Part shown: positions 1 to 11,660 of the stretch, in pieces
How the letters are laid out: the number at the start of each line of letters is the position of its first letter
Numbering within the stretch: position 1 is the stretch's first letter
Source: Callorhinchus milii
Taxonomy: Eukaryota
Direction: 5' to 3'
NCBI RefSeq assembly: GCF_018977255.1
Contig: NW_024704742.1
Span: 89,282,001 to 89,346,000, forward strand
Length of the DNA stretch: 64,000 bases
Program-made: the position numbers and the translations under genes
Notes under the pieces: generated by a model
Databases searched by the model: none
Told to the model about the DNA's origin: nothing
What the model saw: the letters and a program-made list of their open reading frames with translations, nothing else

Positions 1-1094
1 ACCACCATAGTACTCCAAGTTCCTCTTACTTCACCACAAATCAGTCTCTATCCGTGTCTGTGTTTCCAATGTTTTTTTCCCCTGTAGGTTTGTTAATAAA
101 ATGTATTACAATTAGAAAACTGAGTTTCTATATGTTAAAAGAACTCGATTCTGCTAAGGTTCTCACGTATGTGATTGACTGATCCCACAACATGAGATAA
201 AGCGAGCGACGGCAACAAACTAGTTTCACCTCTGGAGATGTCTCAGGAAGTAAACAGTGCTTTTGGAAAAAAAAATGGCCAGAGCTAAAACATGTTTGGT
301 TTAGTTCTTTGTCCAGAGAATAATTAATGACTGGAACAGGTTGCCAGGAAAAGTTATTGAGGCCAGGATGCTTGACTCATTTAAAAAGGCTTGATGTTGT
401 GATGGGAGGGCAGTAGGACAGGTGTCCTGGGAGGATGAGATCAGACAGGCTGAAGGATCTTCTTCACCCAAATCTATCTTGTGATCTTGTGAATGCCTGA
501 GCTTTATGTAACCATTGGGATCTGGAAAATGTAAGGGTAGCATTCATCTTAATTAGGCGTAAGCGGAGCTTAACTTCTTACTGTGGGTTCATGAATTCCT
601 CAAAGAAATCAAATATAATCTGATAGCCAAGATAAAGCTAAACAAAGACTGTGCTTCTGAATGCCTGGCAATTGCCATCGTAGGGTAACAGACCCTGACT
701 TCTTCTTTCTTGTAGCCCCATTTACTAATTAATCTGTCTCTTCACAGACTCTATCGTAGCTTATCCTTCATATCCTATCATATGATTTATACCTTTACAC
801 TAAATTGAAATTGATTTCCCTCTGCCTCAACTAAAAATATAGTGCCTGGATTTCCTTGTGATAGCTGTCTGTGGCGTTGCAATTGTTTGGTTGCAGCACC
901 AGAACAATTGGCTGTTTTTTGGCTAAATTTAAAATTCGTCAATATATTATAAAACTGCAAACAACATTGAACACAATTGATTACACGCCACATTTTAAAG
1001 TGAGTTCCAGGTTTATAGAGTATGCCTCAGATATCTCGGGGGTGGGACGGGGGGTGGGGGGGGGGGCTTAATGTGCAGTCATTCCTGGTGAAAG

Positions 1095-1385
1095 TTCTTC
1101 TGAGTTAGAAAGTTATGGGTTCAAGCCCCATATTGGGACATTAAACTCACCACCTTTCAGTATTAGGGGATTGCCTCATTGGCAGGGGTGCCAAATGAGA
1201 TGTTTCCTTGATAAAAATGAAACGATCCTTCACTTTTATGGCTGTTTGTGGGACATTGTAGTGTTCAAATTGGCTGTTAGCTTCACCCTCCAATTCACAC
1301 TCAGTAGATTTTACAAACTTCTTGTCAAGTGTTCTGAGATATTCTTGCCATCACAGGTGCTATATCAAATGCAATGATTTGTGTT
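1095..1385 (+). mobile_element. Degraded Deu-domain SINE (SacSINE1/AmnSINE1-like)
   Basis: Partial head 'ctgagttagaaagttatgggttcaagcccc', body 'ggctgtttgtgggacattgtagtgttcaaattggctg', tail 'ggtgctatatcaaatgcaa', all shared with the other DeuSINE copies in the window. Confidence 0.7.
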
Positions 1386-1394
1386 AGTACTAAA

Positions 1395-1995
1395 AGCTGC
1401 AGACCATCCAGAACACTGTGGCCCCTACATTTTCTCACAAAATACACACAATCACACCACTTTACAGTAAATCCTGTGAAGTACTTTGAGACGTCTTGAC
1501 GATGTGATAAGTAGCCACATCAAATGCAAGGATTATTACTATTATTATCCTCTCCCATATTAGGGTCCACAGATCATCCCCATCCTTGCTTGGCTCCACT
1601 AGTTCCCAATCCCCCAGCAGATTGACTACAAGATTCTTATCCTTGTGTTCAAATCTCTCCACTGCCTTGCCCTACATTTCTTCTGTGACTTTATACAACC
1701 CCACTGCCCCAGTCACTCCCACCGCTCAGCAAACATCAGTCTGTTCCATCCGCCCACCTTTAGTGGATGAGCTTTCAGCCATTCTGGACTTGATATTTGG
1801 AACTCCATCCCAGAGTCCCTCCAATTTGTCCCCTCTCTCCTGCCTTCAAAATCTACAAGATCTTCAAGACCTGAACACATATCTCTTCCAAAGGTGTTTA
1901 CCTTTTCCCACCCCTCGGCTTGGGCTTCCAGTGTGAAACATTTTGAGACATCCTCCCGACGTGAAAGGTGCTATATAAATGTAAATTGTTTTTGT
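1395..1995 (+). mobile_element. Old L2 LINE 3' fragment interrupted by a SINE tail (~1455-1547)
   Basis: Similar to L2 C-terminal coding sequence ('tggctccactagttcccaatcccccagcagattgactacaagattc') and L2 tail 'gacatcctcccgacgtgaaaggtgctatataaatgt'. Confidence 0.7.
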
Positions 1996-2294
1996 AATAA
2001 AACTGGAAGTATGTTACACCAGTGAAAAGTATGTCACGGTGTAAACTGCTCTGTTACGATCTACCGATGGAGCAGAATTCCATAAGTCTTCAGTGACACT
2101 GTCCAGACACTGAAAGGAGTACCCTCTCTTTGTTAAAAAAAGTTAGAAATGAATGTCAATTAAACCCTTCGTGGTTTCCAGTTCATAAAACATAGTAGCA
2201 AACTAATTTAAAAAAAATAAACTATATAATTATGTCAAAATGTTTTAAAGAGCTTCACAGGTAATTACTATGAAGTGTAAATAATAACATAGAT

Positions 2295-2795
2295 AATAAT
2301 AATAATCCTTGCATTTGATATAGTACCTTATCATAACAAAATCATAAAGTGCTTCACAGAATTCACTGCACTTGTATTGACGATATTTGTATGCTAAATC
2401 AACAACCAATTTACGCACAGAAACATCTCACAAACAGCCATGAAATGAATTACTATTTTTTTCTCTCTGGGGGAGTGCTGACCAAAACATAACTATGTAT
2501 TTGAAGGCAGACAATGTGAGCATAACAATGTCCCACAGGTACTAATAAATAACCAATTTATCTGTTAACCGAGTCATCAGAAGAAACTTCTCTTTTTGAA
2601 TTTTACCATGGGGTCTTTAACGTCCATCTGAACACATTTAATATCTCGTGCAAAGGACAGAGCATCCTACAATACAATTACAGTTAAAATGCAACACTGC
2701 ACTGGTGCATCAGCCTAGACTGTGAGCTCTAATGTAAGGCTTAAGATATCCTTCTGACCCAGAGGTGAGAGTGTACAACAAACCAAACTGACAAT
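2295..2795 (-). mobile_element. Deu-domain SINE
   Basis: Reverse-oriented tail 'aataatccttgcatttgatatag', Deu block 'ccatggggtctttaacgtccatctgaaca', head 'cttctgacccagaggtgagagtg'. Confidence 0.75.
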
Positions 2796-3008
2796 GTGTT
2801 CCTCCTGAAGCATACACTTAAAGATGTCGACAATGGAAGAACTGGGTGATGCATTAGATTAAAACAACATCCTGCTATTTCTGAGTCCTATGGTTGAGAC
2901 TAACTCAATTCGAAGGGATGACAATCTCTTCCATACGCTGGCTACTAGAATTCCAAGTGAAGCAGGTTTGCACAGAGCACAGTTCGTGGAATGTCACAAG
3001 AGTGTCTG

Positions 3009-3101
3009 GTCTGTGAAATGGACATCTATCCAGTTTTAAACAAATACTGTATTAAATAAACAGTATATATTTAAAACTGGATAGATGTCCATTTCACAGA
3101 C
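3009..3101. repeat. Perfect 32-bp inverted repeat (93-nt hairpin)
   Basis: gtctgtgaaatggacatctatccagttttaaa (3009-3040) is the exact reverse complement of 3070-3101; inner atactgt/acagtat also pair. Confidence 0.95.
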
Positions 3102-3455
3102 ATTTTAAAGTTTTCTCTGTAGATGAATACGGCAGCCAATTTGCACCCAGCAATGGGTTCCAAACAGCCAAGAGGTGAATGACCAGTTACATTGGGGGAA
3201 TATATGCTAGGACATTGGAAGAAACTCTTCTCTTTTCAAATAGTGCCATGGGATCATTAAAACCCATCTGGACAGGCAGACTGGACCTTGGTTTAACGTC
3301 TTATCTGAAGAATGGCACCTCTGACAACCCAGAACTCCCCACAGAAATGTACTGGTGTGTCAGCCTAGACAATGAGCTCAAAGTCCCAATGTGGGGCTTG
3401 AACCCTCAACCTTCTGACTAACAGGTGAGAGTGCTATCAACTGAACCAGACTGAT
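3090..3455 (-). mobile_element. Deu-domain SINE
   Basis: Deu block 'aaatagtgccatgggatcattaaaacccatctggacaggcagactggaccttggtttaacgtcttatctgaagaatggcacctctgacaa' and head 'ggggcttgaaccctcaaccttctgact'. Confidence 0.85.
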
Positions 3456-5039
3456 TATTTGTATACATATACTATTTTTATGGAAAGCTAGTATATTAAG
3501 TTGAGCTACCTTTCCTGTACATATCTTGGCCAATATTAAGAACACTCTATGTGTACAATTGTCTCCAGTCTTACATCCAGTCCACACTCTCTTTAGACTC
3601 TTCTGCTCATTCTTCTTGTCCATAACTCTTTTTCAAAACCATGTTGGCTTATAACTCTCTCCCTTGTAAGGACTTATCTCTTTGATCATATTTTCAATCA
3701 CCTTTAAAATTCTTCCCACATCTCTCTCAGTGACCACCACTCCTAATTAATAAGCACTTTGAGGCGTTTTACACGAGGACATTCTGTACACGGCCTCTCC
3801 TCATCCTAACAATCGAGTAGTTCAGAACAATGGCCTCTTTGCAATTCTGTAGGTTTAATACACAAATCGTTTTTTTTGTATTACCACCTCCTGACTGTGA
3901 GCAATTATGGAAGGAAGTCATGAAACATTTATAAGCTTCAGCATGCAAATTAGAAGCAGTGTGAAGCTCTAATCCGTGGGTGGACTCCTCAAAAGAACAG
4001 TGTGAGCCGAAGATCCACAAGAAGCAGCTCAGCTTTGCACCCCATAAAAGCTCTAATGTCATCTCCTTCACAGCAGAGGCTTTTATTACAACACATTTGT
4101 TTAACAAACTGTGTGTGTGTGTTGGGGGGAGGAAGGGGGTGGGGTGGGGGGAGGAGAATGAATTGTTTCTTACAAGGATTTATAGTGTAAGGGAATAGCA
4201 CACCTATCATTAAGTATATAGATTCTGTGAAATAAAACCAGTCTTTCAGTGACACGGTAAAATGTGGAGCAAGCTGAGTGGATATTTTTACATGTATAAA
4301 AAACGAAGAGTTCACAGTACACCAAATCTAGTAAAAATGCATTTCCAGCAGATTGGCTCCTTTATATTCTAATTTTGTTGATCTCTATCAGCACGCTGCG
4401 CTGCATGGTACTATGTACTACCTACTTCCAAGGAACGTGTAATTAACCACGGCTTTTCAAAGAAAGCGAAGATCTGAATTCAACCACAATGAGCAGAGCT
4501 GAAGAGTTTGAGTCAAACTCCGTTGACAGTGCTAAGTGCTAAGCTTTCAATGCCTGAGAGAGCTCCACTCACCCCGAGTCCAGTATTTAGTAAAACTCAG
4601 AGCTTGAATGGTAAAAAAAAGCTTCCTGGTCTGCTTCTTGCAGTGTTCTTCAATACAATTGTCCCGTTGCGGTTGCACAAAAATAGCTCACAGATTTTAT
4701 GTTCAGATGTCAGCAGCCCATCAATGGCAATTGATAAGGGAGGGTTTTCCTTTGTGCTAAAACCTTTAAAACGATGCATAAACCACCCAAACTGAAGCAC
4801 AGCTGCTGCTCACAAAGCTTACACCTGCAACCGGGCAACCAGCAGCTATGGGAATAATGTAAGAGTCACTCTTCCTTTAATTACAAGCAATCCATGTCAA
4901 ATATGCTCCTTGAATCAAGTGCACTTTGTTCAGCAAACATGGTTCTGCTCCTATCAGCTTCCAGAAGAAACAATAAAGACCAGGAAGTAAAGCTCCATCA
5001 TAATAATAATGATTCTTACATTTGATAGGATGCCTTATC

Positions 5040-5290
5040 AACGACAACAACTTGCACTTATATAGCGGCCTCCAGGCAGGATAGTGTCTCAGAGCGCTCA
5101 ACAGTGGTGGAGCCTGAATCTGAGCCCAGGGGTGGTGGGTTGTGGAGGTGGCCATAAGTTCATCGAAGATGAAGGTTTTCATTCGGGATTTGAAAAAGTG
5201 GAGTAAGGGGGCAAGGCGGGTGGATTGAGAGAGAGTGTTCCAGAGTTTCCTGGCATAGTGGCTAAAAGCGTGATCTCCTATGGTGGGGTT
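5040..5290 (-). mobile_element. L2 LINE 3' tail fragment
   Basis: Starts 'acaacaacttgcacttatatagcggcc' (reverse tail) followed by purine-rich reverse L2 3' sequence. Confidence 0.7.
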
Positions 5291-5590
5291 TTGGTTATCA
5301 TATCGTCATGACACCTCAAAGCACATCAGAGGATTTTACAGTCAAGTATAGTAACTGTATATTTGTAGGTGAACGTAGTAGCTCCACAAATAGCCATTAT
5401 ATCTGGAGGATTGTTGGCCCTAAAGACAGATGGGATCTTGGTTTAACGTTTTATCCAAGCAAAGTGAAAGAGATCTCTGACAATGAAGTACACCCCAGCA
5501 CTATGTTGAGTGTCAGCTCTGACATGGGGCAGGAACCCACAACCTTCTGGATCAGAGGCAGTGCTACCATCTGAGCAAGGCTGACACCAA
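5290..5590 (-). mobile_element. Degraded Deu-domain SINE
   Basis: 'cttggtttaacgttttatcc', 'gaacccacaaccttctgg', 'gtgctaccatctgagcaaggctgacacc'. Confidence 0.7.
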
Positions 5591-6279
5591 AGGAGAAAAA
5601 GACAGGGAGGACGGAGGGTGGTTCTCTAAGTCCTGTCGATGAGCCAGGCAGGTTCCTTTGTCACCCGTAGTGCAATGGAGTACTGTGGACCTGTCTGGCT
5701 CATGAAGCAGACTACCAAGACTGCCACAGAGGGCTGAACTGATTCCAATATTCCATTGCCAAGCACATCACCTTGGAGCCAGCTCAGCCTTACATGTCAG
5801 CCAAGCCCCAACCCTCGTCATAGAATGTGCCAGCAACGTTTTCACAAATTCTGTGTGTCCCTTTAAAACATATTGTTATTTCAAATGTGTGAGCTACAGT
5901 CGCACAGTCTCACTCTGTGGAGAACTGACTTATTGGAAAACATTTTCAATTTGTTTTTTTCCTGTAGTATTGACTGCATCCAAGACAAATAAAAGCAAAT
6001 CACTTTCCAGCCAGGGGACACCACATTTTAATTTGGTGATGAAATGTCAATAATTGTACAGGGTTTCTTCAATTTTAAAACCTTATTTCACTTACCTGAT
6101 TGCCTCTTTGGGTCAAGCTCCTTTTCCTAGAGTTTCCTCCCCAATCCCTTTCTGACCTTAATAAATAAATAATCTTGCATTTGGTTTAGTGACTCTCATG
6201 TCAAGAGGATATCTTAACACACTTCACAAAATTTTTCTATGAAGTGTGGAAACTGTATTTTGTAGGTGAATAATCTGAC

Positions 6280-6552
6280 CAACTCACCCCACCATTGGCG
6301 AGAGAGCCTTCAGCCCCCAACCTCTGGAATTCTATCCAGCAATCACTCTGCCTCGACCCCTCCTTAGCCTCCTTCAAGTCCCGCCTCAAGATCCTCCTCT
6401 TCGACCATGCCATCGGTCACCCCCCTTCCCCTCTCCTCTCTTCTCCCTCCCTGACCCCAGCTCAGGTCTGAAATGCTATACATTGTCCAGCGCCTTGGGA
6501 CTTCCTCCCGATGTGAAAGGCAGCATACAAATGTAATCTTCTTGTTGTTGTT
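6280..6552 (+). mobile_element. L2 LINE 3' tail fragment
   Basis: 'ctcaagatcctcctcttcgaccatgc...cagcgccttgggacttcctcccgatgtgaaaggc...cttcttgttgttgttg'. Confidence 0.8.
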
Positions 6553-6632
6553 GAATGTAGCAGCCAATTTGTGCACAGTAATGACATACACACAGCCATG
6601 AAGTGAATGATCAATTTTATCTGGGTGATTCT

Positions 6633-6953
6633 TAATAATACTAATCCTTGCATTTGATATAGTGCTTTTCATGTCTTCTAGACATCTCAAAGCGCTTCAC
6701 AGAATATATTGTAAAGTGAATTGACCGTATATTTGTGGGCGAGAAGCAGCAGCCATTTGCACACAGGGCTGTCCCACAAACAGTTGTGGATTGAAGTGCC
6801 AAATTTTGTTATTATTGTTTTTTACTTCTTGAGGGATTATTATCAGGCATGTGAAGTAAGGAAATTTGCCCAAGGTTTTGCCCTGCCAGGAATCGAACCC
6901 AGGTGTCTCGCTTGCAAGGCAAGTGCTCTAACCACTGAGCTACAGGAATCCAC
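6633..6953 (-). mobile_element. tRNA(Ala)-derived SINE, short form with older-type tail
   Basis: Reverse head 'ctcgcttgcaaggcaagtgctctaaccactgagctacagga'; (aat)n tail. Confidence 0.9.
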
Positions 6954-7129
6954 AATGACTTCTTGGCCAGGAAACTAAGAAAAACTCCCTTCTTTGTTTT
7001 GAATAGTGTCATGGGATCTTAAACATCCATCTGAACAGGCAAACGGGACTTTGGTTTAATGTTTCACAAGATCAGTTTGGATGAAGAAAGCCCTCGGCCC
7101 ATCTGATTTTATCCTTCCAGAATACCTGT

Positions 7130-7495
7130 GTGGAGTCCTGTAGCTCAGTGGTTACAGCACTCGCCTTGCAGTGAAAGACCTGGGTTTGATTGCCTGGCAG
7201 AGCGAAACCTTGGGCAAGTTTCCTTACTCCACACGCCTCTGTTTACCTAGCAGTGGGTAGAAACCCCGGTGTTAGTCGGTTGTCGAATTGCTTTTCCAGG
7301 GGTAATAATTCTTAAAAAAATTATAATAATTTGGTCACTCAATCCACAACTGTTTGTGGGACATTGCTCTGCGCAATTTTCTGCTGTGTTTCACCCACAA
7401 AATATACACTTCACTTTACTGTATATTCTGTGAAGCGCTTTGAGACATTTTGAAGATGGGATAAGATAAGGATTATTATTATTATTACTATTACT
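7130..7495 (+). mobile_element. tRNA(Ala)-derived SINE, long form
   Basis: Head 'ggagtcctgtagctcagtggtt' (Pol III A box), degenerate B box, CORE-like block 'ccttgggcaagtttccttactccacacgcctctgtttacctagcag', (att)n tail. Confidence 0.9.
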
Positions 7496-8166
7496 AACAC
7501 CCACTCTACAATCCTACCATCAAAGCAACCAACTGCTTTTTAAATGAATCTAGTGTTCTGGTCTCAACCTTTCTTCCTGGGAAATTGTTCCATTTGTTAA
7601 TTACCCTCTGAGTAAAGAAAAATAACCTTGTATCTGTCCTGAAATTGCCCTTTGCAACTGTAAACTTTTATCCTCTTGTTCTACTATCTTGGTGCATCCT
7701 AAAGCATTAATCTGGGTTTTTCATTTTCAATCCCATTTACAATGTTCTATACTTTTATTTCATGAAGGACTGGATCTCCAACAATGCAGCACTCCCTCAG
7801 CACTGTATTGGAGTGTTAGACTAGACTATGAGTTCATAACGACCCAATGTGGGGCTTGAACCCACAATCTTCTGACTTAGACACGGGAGTGCTACTGACT
7901 GAGCCAGGCTGACACCCAAACAATCCTAAGATTTATTTTGGACACGTTTTGTTTCCAGGTTCTAAACCACTTAAGTTGTTTTGCAGTTTGGAATTAGATT
8001 TATGTCAATCATTTAATGATTCCCTGTTCAATGTGTTTCTCCCTGACCAGTGCTGTACAGGTTTGCCCTTAACATCCTTTAAGAAGAAAGTACCAGGATA
8101 CATTATCTATCCCCTGTGTTTCCACTAATGCTGAGAGAAGCATTAAACAAACAATAATGTGTAATA

Positions 8167-8627
8167 CAGTCAAACCTGTTAAAGCAACCACCTCTATTCA
8201 GCAATCATCTGATGGTAACAATTACCCTGGAATAGTCTTGATGAATTTTGCATAATTTATTTCTATCCAGCAAACACCTGTCTATTGCAACCAGTGGCTA
8301 CTCTTTTTTAATCCTATCGGTGTATCGGTTTTTTAATCCTTTTCAGCAGCCAATTCTAAGTACATTTAAGTGTACTTACCAGAAATACATTACCAATTTC
8401 CATGGGCCTGCATGTAGACTTCCACGATAGTCCTAGGGTATTGACCAACTCCGTGCTGAGCAGCCCACGTGATGCTCACAGCTCACCGGTGATGTGACAT
8501 TGGTAAACGTGCGAGGAGACTAGCGGGAATCTACCCAAGAACCAACATTCCCTTACTCAGAGGCCACCCTTATATAAAGGCCACTCTGGTCCAATCCCCT
8601 GAATGGTGGCTGTAACAGATTTGACTG
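8167..8627. mobile_element. Probable Tc1/mariner-pogo type non-autonomous element (MITE)
   Basis: Left end TA|cagtcaaacctgttaaagcaaccacc; right end ggtggctgtaacagatttgactg (reverse complement cagtcaaatctgttacagccacc). The right flank is GA rather than TA. Confidence 0.6.
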
Positions 8628-8672
8628 GACTTTGGTCTTGTTTATGCCTTGTGTATATCATACTAACATTGT

Positions 8673-8803
8673 CAAAAGGCAACATACTGCCAATGCTGGA
8701 AATCTGAAATAAAAAGTTGCTGGGAACAGGCAGAAGGTCAGCCATCATCTGTGGAGAGGGAAATGAGTTAACGTTTCAGCTCTTTGACATTTCGTCAGAA
8801 CTC
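8673..8803 (-). mobile_element. Penelope-like retroelement 3'-end fragment (single arm)
   Basis: Homologous to the arms at 49215-49461 and 61053-61355 ('atgctggaaatctgaaataaaaa...ggtcagccatcatctgtggagag...gagttaacgtttc'). Confidence 0.65.
8765..8803 (-). ncRNA. Minimal type I hammerhead ribozyme motif (stem II degenerate)
   Basis: Minus strand reads GAGUU-CUGACGA-aaugucaaagagcu-GAAA-CGUU-AACUC: intact core boxes and perfect 5-bp stem I, poor stem II. Confidence 0.5.
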
Positions 8804-9393
8804 ACATTAGCGACCACTAAGTCTAAATTCTTTGTCTTCTGAAACTAAATACAAGCATTGTTGTGACTTTCAGTATTGCAGGCTGAGATACCAAGACTCT
8901 TACCTCTGACACGGCTGTAGGCCACAAGCCTGCATAAATATATCACAGGTCTTTATTGAAAGCAGCAGCATTCCACAGTGATTGATAACACGATAGATAG
9001 GCAATGAAGTAAACATTTGCAGTATGGCCTAATCACCTACATAGCAATATTAATAATCATAAAATATACAACTGTAACAAAGAGTAACTTTAACTTATCT
9101 CATCATCAAAAGATATCCCAAGCAGCAGGGTATATATCAGCAATGATGTACATCTTCTCCACTACCTCGAGCCTTATAAGATCAGAAAGTCGGACAGTTT
9201 TAAACTTTAAACAATGCTCTGTCTTGGTCTTAAATTTTCAGTATTTCATTAGTGCAGTTGCTGACTCCCAGTCTCTTTGATCATCAGACACACTCATTTT
9301 AAGTGACAAGCTACCACACTGGTCGGGATGTAACATGGACTCTCTAGGAATCTGGTATTGTATCACAAAGTCTAACATGAGTCTATCAACACA

Positions 9394-9660
9394 CACACGC
9401 CTCTGTTTACTTAGCAGTAAGTAGGAACCCGATTGTTAACCAATTGGCAGATCACTTTCCGGGGGTAATAATCCCTTCAAAGGAAAAATAATAATTTGGT
9501 CACTTAATCCATGACTGTTTGTGGGACACTGCTCTGTGCAATTGGCTGCCGTGTTTCACCCACAAAATACACAGTCAATTAATTTACTATATATCCTGTG
9601 AAGCGCTTCGAGTTGTCTCGAAGACGTGATAAGGCACTATATAAAATGCGAATTAGTAGT
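9394..9660 (+). mobile_element. 5'-truncated tRNA-SINE, long form
   Basis: Begins at 'cacacgcctctgtttacttagcagtaagtaggaaccc'; body and tail match the long subfamily. Confidence 0.85.
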
Positions 9661-9797
9661 ATTATTGTTATTATTATTATTATTGTTATTATTGTTACTA
9701 TTATTATTGTTATTATAATAATAGCTGTTATTATAATTATTATTATTGTTATTATAACAATTATTATTATTGTTATTATTACAACAACTACAACAAA
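9655..9797. repeat. Imperfect (ATT/GTT)n microsatellite between tail-to-tail SINE and L2 ends
   Basis: Directly visible; produces the spurious poly-Ile ORF 9598-9921. Confidence 0.95.
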
Positions 9798-10090
9798 ATT
9801 ACATTTGCATAGCGCCTTTCACCTCAGGAGGACATCCCAAGGTGCTGGACAGTCAGTGTTTCGGACCCGAGCTGGGGGTTGGGTTTGGGAGGGGTGGAGG
9901 GCAGATGGAGAAGTAGGGTGATTGAAAGCACGGTCGAAGAGGAGGGTCTTAAGATGGTTCTTGAAGGAGGCAAGGAAGGGGACGAGGCGGAGAGACTGTG
10001 GGATGGAGTTCCAGAGGGGAGGGCAGAATGGCAGAAGGCCCGCTCGCTAATGGTGGGGTGGGCAAGGTGGGGGACATGAAGCAGGCCATG
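9782..10090 (-). mobile_element. L2 LINE 3' tail fragment
   Basis: 'caacaaaattacatttgcatagcgcctttcacctcaggaggacatcccaagg...cacggtcgaagaggagggtcttaag'. Confidence 0.85.
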
Positions 10091-10167
10091 TTAATAATAT
10101 TATTATCATTCCTCCTCTATCTTTGCTAGGCACATTACAGCAGTTGCTTTGTTTCTGCACACCATGG

Positions 10168-10575
10168 GTGTCAGCCTAACTCAGTTGGCAGCACTCTCAC
10201 CTCTAAATTACATGGTTGTGAGTTCAAGTTCCACAATGAGACTTTAACCTATACAGCCTAGGCTGTCACTCCAGTACAATTCTGGGGAGTGCTGCCTTGT
10301 TGGAGGTGTCATCCTTCCAACGAAACATTAAACTGAATCCCATGTATCTGTTCAGGTGGATGGTAAACATCTCGCATGGTGCTATTCGAAAAGCGAGGGG
10401 AGTTTCTCCAATGCCCTGGGTAACAATCCCCTAGATAAAATCAATCATGCCCTTCATAGCTGTGTGCGTTTGTGTACAAAACACACTGGTGTGACACTTT
10501 ATACTAAATCCTTTGAGACGTCCTCCTGACGTAAAAGACATTAAACCAATTGCAAGAATTGTTATTTATTATTAT
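10168..10575 (+). mobile_element. Deu-domain SINE, near full length
   Basis: Head 'gtgtcagcctaactcagttggcagcactctc', Deu block 'gtgctgccttgttggaggtgtcatccttcc...ctgttcaggtggatgg', L2-like tail. Confidence 0.85.
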
Positions 10576-10657
10576 TCACCTAACAGTGTATATGCCCATG
10601 ACCGTTCCCATCTATCACGAGGGGCACGGTGTGCCAGTATTCTTTGTTTTTATTCAG

Positions 10658-10914
10658 CGGGATGTCTGACACGTGCAGAAATCCATCACGATGCTTATGA
10701 GTATCCAAACCAGATAGAGAGTTCCATATATGTATGCCAACCTGCACATGGACATTTCTCGAATGGAATACACATTCTCTCCCTAGAAAGATGAACTTTG
10801 TTTGCCTCAATCTAGAGAATATTAGGTGCTGTTTGGTTAGAGCCAAGGCTTCGGGACCCCAGAGTGTACAATGGGTTACTGCTGGAGATTAACCAGTTAA
10901 AACCACATAGCTTG
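10658..10914 (+). repeat. Unclassified ~260-bp dispersed repeat, copy 1
   Basis: Collinear blocks 'tgtctgacac', 'gtatccaaaccag', 'gaatggaatacac', 'tattaggtgc', 'taaccagttaaaac' shared with copies at 25103, 38585 and 59099. Confidence 0.75.
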
Positions 10915-11521
10915 TTCTCAGGACCAGAAGGATTAATATGGTGGCAGTAAACCGAATCTCTGAATCCCTGATAGTCTAGCAAAAGTACAGCCTTCAAAGT
11001 TTGTTTAGACACATAGATGCAGTTGTCAGTTCCCTTGTTGAATCATGTTGCTTTGAAAAAAATAAGCCCTGGAAATAGAAGACAATGTCGGAAAATGAAA
11101 ATTTTAAAATATAGGCTGTACTTAAAAAGTGAGAAAAGTGAAAATCAGTCACATGGAAAGTATAGTCTTAATTGACAATTAACATCCTACACTCTGTAAT
11201 GTTGCTATAAACACAAATGAAACAGATTCAGTTGAGTGGTTCCCTAGATGGCTTTTTGAGTGACAGCAAGTCTACAACTGCAAACCATTTGAGTGACCTG
11301 CAAGGTAGTTTTGCATTTGAAACAACTCTGGTGTGATAAATATGTGCTTTGTTTGTTTTCCAAACTGTGTGAGCACATCAGTATAAATATAAATTGTACT
11401 GTACCAGATACGGCTGATGTTGCAGCTCAATGCACTCTGACCACCTGACGTCCTCAATGGAATTCAAGACAGAACGCCTCAACATAATGTAAAATACAAT
11501 TTACATTGATATAGCACCATT

Positions 11522-11660
11522 CAACAACAACAACTTGGATTTATATAGCGCCCTCCATGCCGGATGGCGAATCAGAGCGCTTCACACCAACGGATCCCGG
11601 GGCCGAGCGAGGGGGAGGGGGAGGAAGGTGACCAAAGGCGAGGTCGAAAAGAAAGGTCTT
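11522..11660 (-). mobile_element. L2 3' tail (same family as 33266-35817)
   Basis: Reverse complement closely matches 35680-35817, including the 'gagggcgctatataaa(t/c)ccaagttgttg' end. Confidence 0.85.

Larger units (their letters stand above)
6553..7915 (-). mobile_element. Deu-domain SINE split by nested insertions: tRNA-SINE 6633-6953 and a CR1 3' fragment ~7075-7760 that itself contains tRNA-SINE 7130-7495
   Basis: Collinear DeuSINE pieces at 6553-6632, 6955-7065 and 7760-7915, ending in the head 'gtgctactgactgagccaggctgacacc'. Confidence 0.75.

Noticed and set aside
6088..6135. Strong minus-strand splice donor (CAG|gtaagt)
   Set aside because: No polypyrimidine acceptor upstream; such motifs occur by chance in 64 kb
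9598..9921. 107-aa ORF with a long hydrophobic poly-Ile stretch
   Set aside because: Translation of an (ATT)n microsatellite between two retroposon tails
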